64,000 nt of DNA from Sminthopsis crassicaudata (Eukaryota). The number at the start of each line of letters is the position of its first letter. The first letter of the stretch is position 1. The notes beneath the pieces are model-generated. The model saw nothing but the letters and a program-made list of their open reading frames with translations. It had not been told where the DNA came from and made no database searches. Of the stretch, positions 28,014 to 40,224 are shown in pieces. The stretch covers positions 620,514,889-620,578,888 of the forward strand of contig NC_133618.1 of NCBI RefSeq assembly GCF_048593235.1. Direction: 5' to 3'. The translations under genes were made by a program, and so were the position numbers.

Positions 28014-28138
28014 GAGACAATCGGAGTTAAGTGACTTGCCCAGGGTCACACAGCCAGGAGTGTTAAGTGTCTGAGGCCAGATGTGGACTCGGGTCCTCCT
28101 GACCCCAGGGCCGGTGCTCTGTCCACTGCGCCACCTAG
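28014..28138 (-). mobile_element. WSINE1-type SINE in HCN4 intron 6
   Basis: Near full length: gttaagtgacttgcccagggtcacacag...tgttaagtgtctgaggcc...ccactgcgccacctag. Confidence 0.8.
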
Positions 28139-28862
28139 AAATATTTGTTTTCTGTCCCTTCCACCTCTTCCTCCTTACCTATTGATTAAGGAAAAAAAAA
28201 AAAAACATAACTCTTGTAAGCATGTCAAGCCAAAATCAAAACCCCTGCATTAGCTGTGGCTAAAACATGTCTCATTCTGCACCGAGAGCCTTCTCTGGCA
28301 GGGGGTGGGCAGCCTGCTTCATCGTGGGTCTTCTGGACTCACGGTTGGTCACGATGCTGCTTAGAATCAAACTGGTTTACTTTTGCAATATTGTCATTAC
28401 ATAAAATATTCGCCCGGTTCTGCCCACTTCCCTGCATCAGCTTATATGAGACTTCCCAGGTTTTTCCCAAACCTCCCTGTCATTTTTTTACAGCACCATA
28501 GTATTCCATCAGATTCCTCTATTCCTATAATTTGCTCGGCCGGTCCCCAGTCGATGGTTTCCTCCTTAGATCCCAGTCTCTGCCAGTTCCAAAAGAGCAA
28601 ACTTCAATATTTTTGTCCGAATGGTTCTTTTCCTCTTTCTTTGATCCCTTTGCCTGGTGGAATCGCCGTGTCTAAGGGGGTGCCCCGTCCGGTGACTTTC
28701 TGGAGATAATTACCCATTGCCTTCTGGAAAACTGCCCCATGCCCAGCTCCGCTGCCCGCCGACGTGCCGGTTTTCCCCGTCCCTCCCGCAAATGTCCTGC
28801 AGCTGGTCATTGCATTAATCAGAGTTCTTAAAACCCAGAACTACATCTGAGGCTTCTTTTAA

Positions 28863-29411
<549 letters not shown>

Positions 29412-29500
29412 TGAATACCCAGCTCCCTGGGCGCCGGAGCCGCTCATAGGGACACTAAAGCTGCTGACCGTCCTTTCTTCCCGCCTTCCACTCCCTCCAG

Positions 29501-30948
29501 GCAAGAAAAACTCCATCCTTCTGCACAAAGTCCAACACGACCTCAACTCAGGAGTCTTTAACTACCAGGAGAACGAGATCATCCAGCAGATCGTGCAGCA
29601 CGACCGAGAAATGGCGCACTGCGCACACCATGTCCAGTCCGCCGCGGCCTCCACGCCCACTCCGGTCATCTGGACGCCCCTGATCCAGGCTCCCTTGCAG
29701 GCGGCCGCGGCCACCACCTCCGTGGCCATCGCCCTCACCCACCACCCCCGTCTTCCTGCCGCCATCTTCCGGCCCCCGACTGGGGCGGGCTCCGGGCTGG
29801 GCTCGCTGGGTCCCGGCCAGACCCCGAGGCACCTGAAGCGTCTCCACTCCCTGATCCCCTCCGCGCTGGGCTCCCCGGCCAGCACCCCGTCCCAGCTGGA
29901 CACGCCGTCCTCGTCCTCCTTCCACATCCAGCAGCTGGCCGGCTTCTCGGCCCCGGCGGGGCTCGGCCCCTTCTCTTCGGCGAGCTCCCCACCCGCCGGT
30001 CCCGGGCCGCCCCCCCCGGGAGCCTGCGGCTCTCCGCTGGAGACAGCCTCGGTAGCGCCCACCACTCCAGCCGCCGCTGGCTTTGGCCACTTCCACAAGG
30101 CTTCGGGCGGCTCCCTGTCCTCCTCGGATTCCCCGTTGCTCACCCCACTCCCCAGCCGCACCCGGTCCCCTCCCGGCACCCAAGTGCAGCCATTGGCCGA
30201 GGCTGCCGGGGGCCTGGGTCTCCTAGAACACTTCCTGCCACCTCCAGCCTCTGCCGGCTCGCCATCCTCCAGCCCGGGGCAGCTGGTTCAACCTCCCGGA
30301 GCCTCTCCCCCAGCCTCTGTCCCACCAAGTGCATTAGGGATGTCGCCGATGCAGCCGGAGAGGCTGCCCTTTGCCATGGGGGCCTCTGGGGGGGTGTCCT
30401 CTATGGCCTTCACACCCAGAGGCCTCAGCCCCCCCAGCCAGAGCCCAGGCCCAGGGAGAACTTTCCAATGCACCCCACCCCGGGCATCGGGCTCCCATGG
30501 CTCCCTGCTTCTGCCCCCTGCCTCCAGCCCCCCACCACAGATCCCCCAGCGCCGAGGAACCCCACCTCTCGCCCCAGGCCGCCTCACACAGGACCTCAAG
30601 CTCATCTCAGCCTCTCAACCGGCCCTTCCTCAGGATGGGGCTCAGACGCTGCTACGAGGCTCCCCTCACTCCTCGGGGGAGTCTGTGGCCGCCTTCCCAC
30701 CTTTCCGGGGTGGGGGCGGGGGCTTTGGACCCCTCGGAAGGCCCTTGGGCACGGGCCCAGCCCAGAGGGTCACCTTGCCTCGGCAGACGTCCTCAGGTTC
30801 TTTGCCCCCACCCCCGCCGTTGTTTGGGGCTGAAGCTGCCTCTCCTGGGGGACCTTCCCTGACTGCCGCCCCCCGGGGCCGAGAATCTACGGGGCTGGCG
30901 GGTGCCCCTGAGCCACCTGTCCGCTCCAAACTGCCTTCTAACCTATGA
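29501..30948 (+). CDS. HCN4: HCN4 terminal coding exon 8 (Pro/Ser/Gly-rich distal C-terminus ending RSKLPSNL*)
   Basis: CTGAC branch point at 29464, then ctccctccag acceptor. Reads (G)[40 protein letters not shown]...SNL, with TGA at 30946-30948. The six exons total 2382 nt (794 codons) with no internal stop. Confidence 0.97.
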
Positions 30949-33900
30949 ACTCGGGCTCTTCCTCTTGCCCCCGACCTTTCTTTTATGTTTCCCTTCTTTC
31001 TTCCTTCAGGTTTAACTGTGATTAGGAAAATAACAATAACAGTAATAATTATAATAACCCCCACCCCCAAACATTCACACACACACAGCCCAACACAGGA
31101 AAGCACCAGGCATTCCTAGAGCTGTACATCTGGGGGTCACTTGCTTTTATAGATTATTTTACCATTTGAGGAAAGGGGGGAGGGAGGGGCTGGGAGCCCC
31201 AGCGGGACTGCTGAGGAGTCGGGGCGGGGAGGGGGTCCGACATGTCCTGGGGAGCCAGATGGGGCCGGGGTGGGAATGGCCCAGGGAAAACGTAGCCCCC
31301 CCTTCCTTGTTTTAGACCCGGGTGTCCGGGTGTCCACGGTCCCGGATCAGAGGGACCCGAGCTCCAGAGACTGAAGAACATCCTGTCCCCTACCCAGCCT
31401 TCCCCCTGACCTCTGCCCTCTCCGCCTTCCCATGGGGAAGGGTCTGCCGGAGTGGGGAGAGGAAGCCGGGGCGGGGTCGGCCAGCCTAGCAATTTTCTAC
31501 CACGAACCTAACGAGCTATCGATATATATATGTATGTATGTATGTATGAAGTGTACATGTATAGCCACATAGCGCCTGTATAGCCATGTAGATACTGACA
31601 AAAACAGACACTTGCTGTAGTTCTAACCCACCAGTGCCTGGCAGCCCAGGCCATAGTGTACATAGGGCCCCAGGCCCTGAGCCCAGCTTGTACAGCCCTT
31701 CCTTCCCCAGAACCTGCGGCCCCAGGGCGGCATCCCTTCTCAGCCTCAGGGCAGGGACTTTTCCCGCTGGGAGGGAGGAGAGTTACCTCCACCCACATCT
31801 CAGCAGGGTCCCCCTACCTAACCCTCACCCCCCACTCCCAGTCACTAGTGGAAAGCCCACTCTTCGGGGAGTCAGATAATCTGGGTCTCAATCCCGGCTC
31901 TGCCAGTGACTTCCCGAAGGAAGAGGATTGGGGCACCTCCTTTCCCCTCCCCAGTGAGGGGATGGACTAGACGATCCCAAGGGTCTTCCCGGCTTCAAAA
32001 TTCTAAGATTCTTCTCCCAAGGCCCTCTCTGCCCCAGTTTTATGGTGGGGAGTTATTGCCTGGGGACAGGGCTTCCAGTGGGATGGGCTTCAGAGTCCTG
32101 CCTTGCTCCCCAGCAGCCCCCCTGCCTGCTGCCTCAATGAGGCAGAAACCTCCCAGCTAAAAGCACAGTGCCTCACTGAGAGTGAAGGAATGGACAAAAA
32201 GCTGGAGGTCTGAGTGAACCAGTCCACACTCAGGCCTTAAAGTCAGGGTCCCAGAGGGTTTCCTGCCCTGCCCAGTATCAGTCCCGCCCTCAATCCCAAG
32301 GAGCCTAAGTTGGAGCTGTCCGGGGCTGGTGGTGCTGGGAAGGTGTCCTGCTATCCCCCAGAAGCCAAGGATGGACTCTTAGGGACACAAAATCTCCTCT
32401 GGCCGGTGGCTCCTCTCAAACAGCCTCCTTTCAATTCTTCTCGTCACCTGTTTGCCCAGCCTTTGCTTAGGTACTATGGGGAAGTCCCCCCGTCCTCAGG
32501 AAACTCAGTGATGATACCCAGAAAACTAAGACAATGAGTAGTAGGCCATAAAGGCCAAGGGAGGGTGAAAACTGTAGCTGTGGGGGGAGGTCCTGGGAGA
32601 AGAGGCCATTGTAGACTAGAAGGCTTCCAAAGGAAAGGGGAGAGGAGGGCTTTCAACCGGCTGTGAAAAGTGAAGTTGGGAGTGAGAAAGGGCGTTCCAC
32701 ATGTGGCAGAGTGGGTGAGCCGACGCAGCGGGCGATTAGGGGACCATGAGGAAACCTAGTGGGTTGACGTTGATGAGCTTTGGAGAATCCCTTGATAAAA
32801 GTGTGGATACACAGGGTGGGCTTGGGAATGCCACCCCGAGCAGTCTGTTCTTGAGTCTGAATCCTGGGTCGTAGAATGTCAGAGCGAGAAGGAAATCTGG
32901 ACAGTGTTCTAGTCCAATCCTCTTCATTTAGCAGATGAGGAAACAGAGGCAGCTCGCCCAAAGTCATTTGAAGAGCTAATCAGCAGAAGAATCCAGATCA
33001 GGTGTAGAATTCAGGTAGAATTCACTGGCCCAAAGGCAATGGGGAGCCACTGTAGGTTCTGGAGCAGGGGAGGATATGATGGAGGAGTACAGAGCTCCTT
33101 GCCCGGCTCCAGTCTTGTGTCTTCCCAAGAAGGAGCCTGAGTGACTGCTCTAGACCGCTGGAATGTGCTCTTCCCTCCGGCCATCGCCCCCTGCCTCCCA
33201 TTCTTAGGGAGCCGGGCCAGGTGGTCCTGATCTCTGTCCTGGGTGCCGCTGTGGGCGGACTGTAGGTGCTTAATCAATGACTGACTGCGGGATTGTGGGA
33301 GAAGATAACCAGTGCTGGCGAGCTTGCTGCTCCCTCTGGTCCCACCCTAAGGTGAGTTTGTGAAGCAGCCTTTCTCCAAGAAATGGCCTCCAGCACCTCC
33401 TACCTGATTAAGGTTCCTTATTCAGCCTCACCCTGCAAGAGATCCAGACCAAGACCGCAAGGGATTCTGGGTAAGTGAACTTGAACTGTTTAGTCAAGAC
33501 TGTGAAGGAAAGAGTGGGATGGAAGACCTGGGAGAGATTAAGCCACTCCTGGGAGCACCGGAATCACTGGAGACCATCTCAGAAGAAAGCCAGTCTAGAT
33601 CAGAATCCAATGGGCAGCTTGGCTTCCTGTGGGAGTAAGGGGGCCTTTGGAGGAGGGGCTGGCCAACTAGGCTTTCCCCCATGGTACTGAGTGCATCTAA
33701 AACGGGGGCAGCCCTAGGAGGATCCTTGTAGGGGAGTGACTGGGAAGAAACACCGGAGGATGACGGGATGGGTGGGGGCCCCGGCCTCTCAAGGCCTTTA
33801 GCCCGTCCCCAACAATAACTTGCTCCCGCTGAGGGGCCTAGTGAGGGAGGGAGTCTCCGTTGGCCCAGCTGGCCTGGTGGGAGGCGCGGGGGAGGGGAGG

Positions 33901-34925
33901 GGGAGCAGTCATAGCTGGGCTCAGCCCGGCGCAGAGACCGATGTTCCGGAAAGCCTCCCCCTCCCCCGGACCCTGCTCCCCCCAGGCCCCGGGGCCAGCT
34001 GGGTGGAAAGAATCTGATTGGCTGGTTTGCTCTATGGTCCAAGCAAAAGAAAAACGAAAAGTTTTCGCAGTGTGTGATCCCCCCGTCCCCCGGCACTGAA
34101 GGCTTGGCTGAGGCTTAGCGGGCTCTGCCCGGCTGGGGGGGCAGAGTTGGGGGGCGCCCAGCACAGTCCGCCTGGTTACCGGAAGGCTTCAGGCCAGCGG
34201 AGAAGCCCACGGGGACGGGGCGCTGGGGGGGGGTGCTGATGCAGAGGCTCCTGGGAGTTCCCTCCCGGCTCCGAGAGTCAGGGGTTCCGGCTGCCAGCCA
34301 GCCCCCCCCACTCCCACCCTCGGACGCCCGAGGGGGCTGTTTGTACCCCGCAAATAGACTACAGATATAATGGGGGGTTTTCAGGAGCTGTCGCTCTGGG
34401 AAGGATGGGTTTTCTGGGGTGCGGGGGAGGGAGGGGGCTCATTCCCAGGGCTCCCAAAATCGGGCGCTAATGGAGGCTTCTGCGAACCTGTCTCCGAGCG
34501 GGGCGGGTGTCCGCCGGGGGAAGGGCGGGAGAGTGGCACCGGAGAAACCAGCCCGTGTGGCCGCGGACTCGCCCCAGCCACGGGTCTCTTAAGCGTACCG
34601 CCAAGGGGGCGAGGCTCAGCTACCCCCGATCTGGCGGGCTGTGGGGGTGGGGGGCTGGGGGAGCCTCCAGGGCCGCCTCTGGCCCCCGGGCTCCCACTCC
34701 CCGAGGGCTTGTGGTGGAAAAGCTCGGGCTGGGGGAGGGGTGCCGTGGGGGCCCCGGACGCCCCATCTTCATCACCCTCCCCCAGCCCCCCCAACCCCGG
34801 GCGCCGCCCCTTCCCCCGCAGAGCTGGCCATTTTGGAATCTTCCACTTTTAAAAACAGAAAAACGGTGAATGCACCGGATTGTATATTTTATTTAAATAA
34901 AACAAAAACTTTCAGCAGCCTCCTT
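30949..34925 (+). other. HCN4: Probable HCN4 3'UTR (~4 kb)
   Basis: Follows the stop codon and has AU-rich blocks near 31010-31170, 31505-31630 and 34850-34915 within GC-rich sequence. The 3' end is inferred from the AATAAA at 34896 only. Confidence 0.6.
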
Positions 34926-35420
34926 TCACCTGGGGGTCCTTTCTTGGAAGCAGGGGGTGGGGGTACGCAGGGGGTGGGGCAGACGCTGGAGCGGACCGGG
35001 GATGGAGCCGGGCTGGGGAGCGCTTTAAATGGCAGGCGGGAGTCCGGCTTCGCCCGGAGACAAGGGGAATCCCCGGGAGCTCCAGGAGCGGAGACTGGCT
35101 CGGGCAGCCTGTGTGACGGGCACGTGCCTGGCAGCTGCCCGGAATCTGGCTCCCGACAGAGGCTCCCCCATCGCCAAAGAGCCCTTAATTGCCAGCTCCA
35201 GTGACCTTTCCCCGTCCTCCCCCCGCTGGGCCTTTCTGCAGTGGTTCAGCTCCGAACCACCCCATGCCCGGGATGCTCCCAGAGTCCTCGGCCTGCTCCG
35301 CAGGCTCGTCCTCCCACGCCCTAAGGGTGGGTGGGCGGGCTCCATCTCTTCTGCCCCGCCATCTCCGGGGCTGCTGAGTCCGTCACTTTTCCACAGATAC
35401 CTCTCAAAGCTCGATGTGCA
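33700..35420. other. GC/CpG-rich island over the distal HCN4 3'UTR and termination region
   Basis: Dense CpG and G-runs by inspection. Confidence 0.6.
34896..34901 (+). promoter_or_regulatory. Candidate HCN4 polyadenylation signal AATAAA
   Basis: AATAAA lies in an isolated AU-rich patch (tgtatattttatttaaataaaac) inside a GC-rich island ~3.95 kb after the stop. Confidence 0.6.
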
Positions 35421-35569
35421 GCCCCCATATTCCTCCAGGGCTCTAGCTCCAGTTCCCAGGGTCTTTGGGATGCCTTCATCTATCCTGGCCAAACCTCCAT
35501 GTCCACTTCTTCAAAATGGAACTCATTTCCAGCCGCTCAGGCGCAGACCCTCATACATCCCCGTCTTTC

Positions 35570-36150
35570 CGTTCGTCTGCCTGATTCAGTCTATTTCCAA
35601 TCCGTTCTCCACTCAGATATTACCTTAATCTTCCTAAAGCATAGGTTTACCCATGCCATCTCTCTATCAAAAAAAAAAAATCCACTGGCTCTTCCAGAGT
35701 CAAATAAAAAATCCTCTGCTTGGGCTGTTAAAGCTCTCATAAGCTGCCCCTTCCCACCTTTCCAGGCTTCCTAGACCTTGAGTCCCCCCACTGTCCCACA
35801 CACTCTGCAACCCACTGGCACTGACCTCCTCACACACAGGGCCGCAGGGCACTCCATCTTTTGACTAAAGTCTTTTCCTTTCCTCACCCCCATGCCCAGA
35901 AAGCTTTGCTTTCTCATCCATGCTTCCTGGCTCTCTGGCTTTCTTCCAGTCTCAGCTCAAGCCCCACCTTCTGCGAACAGTCTTTCCCAGAACTCCTTAA
36001 TCATAGTTCTGTCCCCCTGAGGTTATCTCCAAGTCATCCAGTTTTAAAGTATCTCAAGAGTTAGATTGTAAGATACTTGAGAACAGACACCTTCCCCCTC
36101 CTCTGTAGCCCCAATGCTTAATGCAGTGCTGAGCACATAGTAGGAACTTG
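35570..36150 (+). mobile_element. L2 3' fragment
   Basis: taatcttcctaaagcatagg...aaatcctctgcttgggctgttaaagctctc...gtgctgagcacatagtaggaacttg. Confidence 0.6.
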
Positions 36151-37199
36151 TTGACTCCATCCTATGCCTGCCCTCCTTCCAAACTCCGAGTTTCTGCTAG
36201 TGGGGCTGTCACCCTCCCACTCACCCAAACTGAAAACTATTTGGGAGATCCTCTTGTCTGGATCACATTCGCCATCCTGTACACTGGCTCCTCCTTCCTC
36301 CACATCTTCCATCCACATGGTCCCTCTAGCTGAGGTGACTGGCACCTTTTAGCCGTATCATGGTCTCCCTGAGACCATTTTGGAATCATTATCAGAGAAC
36401 AGCTAAGTCTCCCGACTCCCCTTTCCGCAGTCCCCAGCAACCTTTCTGATCCACACGTCTGTCTGTATCATCCCTTCTTCCAAAATAGAAACCGTTCCCA
36501 GCTGCCTCTGGAAGACATTTCCTCGCCTGGCACTTAAGGCCGCCACAGACCGCCTCCCAGCGACCTTGCCCGCCTTATTTCAGTTGGCTCGGGCGGGGTT
36601 GTATGGCTGGCTGCCACTGGCGTGGCTTCTCACACTCCCAGGATTTTGGAAATGGGTCCTCTCCCCACGAGGAGATGTATCCCATAATCCCTCTTTCAGA
36701 ATAATAAACTGGCGTTTCCTTGGCTTTTTAAAGCTGGCAAATTTCCTCTCATTTAAGCTTCACAACAATCCTGCAAGACAGGTACTCCTGGCGTTTCTCC
36801 CCATTTTACAGACGTCAAAGAAACAGGGAGGGTGAGTTGTCTCTGGTCACAGGGCTAGTTAACACAGGCAGGTTTTGAACCCAGTAGTAACAATAACATT
36901 AACAGTTTACATTAATGCTTCACTTCTTGCCAGACACTAAGCACTTTACAGTTATTATACTCATAATCTCCCCGGGAGGCAGGTGCTTTTATTATCCCTA
37001 TTTTACAAATAAAAAATTCAGACATGGGTTCAGGGACTTGCTCCAGGGTCACACAGTTCATGTTTGAGGCCAGCTTTGAATTTGAGTCTCTATGACTCCA
37101 CTAAACCATACAATGGGCTCAGCTCGAGTGCCATCTTCTCTATGTAATTTCCCTTACTTTCCCCACTCATTTTTTTCTAGAGCATTTAATTTCTCCCCA

Positions 37200-38145
37200 G
37201 AACACTTTATTAAAATTTATTATTTATTCTTGACATTCTTTTCTTTTTAAATTTTGAGTTCCAAATTCTTTCCTTCCCTCCCACCCTCTTCATCTCCCAC
37301 TGAGAAGACAACAATATATCAATTATACATGTGAAATCATGCAAAATATATTTCCATTATTAGCCAGATTTAAAAAAAAACAAGAAAAATGAAATAAGAA
37401 AATTATACTCTGATTTGCACTCAGAGTTCACCAGCTCTCTCTCTCTGGAAATAGATGGTATTTCTTCATCATATGACCTTTGAAATTATCCTGGATTATT
37501 GTATTGATCAGAGTAGCTAAGTCTTTTAAAATTTTTAATAAGAGATTTTAATTTTCAAAATACATGCAAAGATAGTTTTCAGCATCCACTTTTGCAAAAC
37601 CCTGTGTTCCAAGTTTTTCTTCCTCCCTTTCCCTCCCTCCTCCCCTAGACAGCAAGTAATCCAATATAGGGTAAATATGTGCAATTCTTCTCTACATATA
37701 TCCACATTTATCATGCTGACAAGAAAAGACCAAAAAAGGAAAAAAATAAGAAAAAAATCAAGCAAACAACAACAAATGATGCGAATGCTATGTTGTGATC
37801 CGTACTCGGTCCCCACAGAATTCTCTGGGTATAGATGGCTCTCTCCATCACAAGATCATGGGAACTGGCCTGAGTCACCTCACTTGAAAAAAGCCATGTC
37901 CATCAGAGTTGATCATCACGGAATTTTGTTGCCACTGTAAACATTGTGCCTCTTGGTTGAATAACTAAGTCTTTCGCTGTTGATCATTATAACATTGCTA
38001 TATCTCCCAGTTCTTCTTATTTCATTTTGCATCAGTTCATATAAGTATTCCCAGTTTTTTTTATTTGATAGTACAATAATATTACTCCATCACAATCATA
38101 TTCTTCAATCGATGGGGACACCCTCAATTTCCAATTTTTTTGCCG
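37200..38145 (-). mobile_element. Two adjacent antisense L1 3' ends (older 37200-37520; younger 37530-38145, continuing at 38775-38886 beyond an LTR)
   Basis: ttttcaaaatacatgcaaagatagttttc...tagacagcaagtaatccaatatagg, homologous to 41620-41790 and 7333-7700. Confidence 0.75.
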
Positions 38146-38331
38146 NNNNNNNNNNNNNNNNNNNNNNNNNNNNNNNNNNNNNNNNNNNNNNNNNNNNNNN
38201 NNNNNNNNNNNNNNNNNNNNNNNNNNNNNNNNNNNNNNNNNNNNNNNNNNNNNNNNNNNNNNNNNNNNNNNNNNNNNNNNNNNNNNNNNNNNNNNNNNNN
38301 NNNNNNNNNNNNNNNNNNNNNNNNNNNNNNN
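38146..38331. other. Assembly gap (186 N) at an L1/LTR junction
   Basis: Run of N. Confidence 1.
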
Positions 38332-38774
38332 GCTGGAGAAACTGAGGCAAGATAGAGATTAGAGAGTTTTTAATAATTTATTTGAAAGGGAGAGATTTAC
38401 TGGGATCAAATGGGCCTATGGTTTGGTCCCAGAGCCATGGATTCTGACCAGCCATGGGCAGAACAATGTGAGTTCTCAATGACATATATATGCGTGGCTC
38501 CATATACAGGGTAGACTGAGGCAGGAGCAAGAGTCGGAGTGCTAAGAGCGGAGCAGGACTCTGACAGGGTGGTAGGAGGCACTGGACATTCTGGGATTGG
38601 GAGAGGCATTCTGATAAGTAGGGAAGGGCTGGGGTCATGATGGCTAAGATAGAAGGATCTATCTGGATCATCATGACTAGGAAGGAGGGGTGGTTTTACA
38701 GGATTGAGCAATTAGAAACTGAGGCAGGACAATTAGGGAAACTGAGCAGGACAATAAAAGAGAACTGTGGCACA
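38332..38774 (-). mobile_element. ERV solo LTR nested in L1; left end lost in gap
   Basis: Terminal ...tgtggcaca, minus-strand AATAAA (plus tttatt near 38377) and a TATA-like tatatat near 38484. L1 sequence resumes after 38775. Confidence 0.65.
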
Positions 38775-38883
38775 ACTAGCAGTGGTATTGCTGGATCAGA
38801 GTGTATGTACAGTTTTATAGCCTTTGGGACATACTCCCACATTCTCCCCCAGAATGGTTGGACTAATTCATTTGTGTCCCAAT

Positions 38884-38886
<3 letters not shown>

Positions 38887-38944
<58 letters not shown>
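38887..38944. repeat. (CA)29 microsatellite
   Basis: Read directly from the sequence. Confidence 0.97.
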
Positions 38945-38945
<1 letters not shown>

Positions 38946-40224
38946 TATATCCATCATTTATTTTGAACTTAATAATTTTTTTTTTGATGTTCAATAAATG
39001 GATGACTGAACACTCTCCCAGTTAAGCTTAGCTGGGCAGACCAAGATCCCAGCTCTCCATCCTCAGCCCATTTCTGTGTCTCCCATTGGTCTACGAATGC
39101 TTTGAGAATTTTATGGGTTTTTTGTAGCCCCTGTAGTTAACATGGTGCTTAGAGCATAGTGGGGGCTTAAGAAATACTGGCTGACTAACTGGCAATTGAT
39201 GGTCTCTTCCTCAGTTCACAGCAGACACGTGAATCCTTCCCCCAGACGCACAAAGCTCAGTCGGGAGCCATTGCTGATTTCTATTCCTCCGTCTACAAAA
39301 AGGATGGCCCAGAAAGGTTGGCATCCCCCCGTGTCAGTCACAGAGAAGTTAAATTTGACTCGAGACTGGGACATTTATTCCTGTTTCTGGCTTCTGGCAG
39401 CTTTTTGGAACCAAGGGGAGCCTAGAAAAGAGACAGATCAACAAAAGCAGAGGCAGAGACAGTGACAGAAACAGAGATCGAGAGATACAGAGAAAGACAG
39501 AAACAAAAACTGAGACAGAGACAGATGGATGCAGAGAGATCAAAGGCAGAGGTCCCTGTCGTCTGCTATCCTGGTAGAGCAATAGGAGTCCTGAGTTCTT
39601 CTCCTTTTAATGAGCTGTTTTGCTCATCACTTTTCCTTTCCCTCTCTGGTCCTCAGTTTCCTCCTCTGCAAAATGGAGCGATTGAATTAATTAATCAGCC
39701 ATTTTGCCAACTCAAGACTCCATCAGTGCACACAGTCATCAGGGAAAGAGAGAATTGATCTCTGACATTGCCTCAGGACTGGACCATATTATTCAAATGA
39801 AGAAGAATAGGGGGTTTCCCTTAATTGTTGATGCATAAGAAAGTCATCAGTGCCTTAGGTTTTTAAAAAAAGGCATATCGAGGACAAACAGGAAAGCCAG
39901 CTGCCTAAGTACAGTCCGTGGCTGTCCATCAATTCACATGAAAGAGAGAGTTTGTATTGAATCACTGGCTCAATAGGAACTGACAATCCAGCTCTACTGC
40001 CTCCAAAAGCCCAAATTTAAGCTGAATTGAAAAGTGATGCTCAGAGAGGAGAAAGCGATAGACTCATTGTACCTGGGAAATAGTGGCTTCTGGTCTGAGG
40101 GCCATATCCTAGGGAGGGTCTCCTCCACCTGGAGGATGTCCAGGGAAGGGTTCTACAGTGGAGAGAAGATGGCTGTGTCCAAGCTATCAATTAATAAACA
40201 CCTAGAACAGCCAGGTGGTCCAGG

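Noticed and set aside
31111-31116. miR-1/206 seed match CATTCC
   Set aside because: 6-mer only, with no m8 or A1 support.
33494-35774. Overlapping 100-200 aa ORFs in GC-rich DNA (also 56265-59609)
   Set aside because: Stop-codon depletion in high-GC sequence; no recognisable domains, and open frames on both strands.
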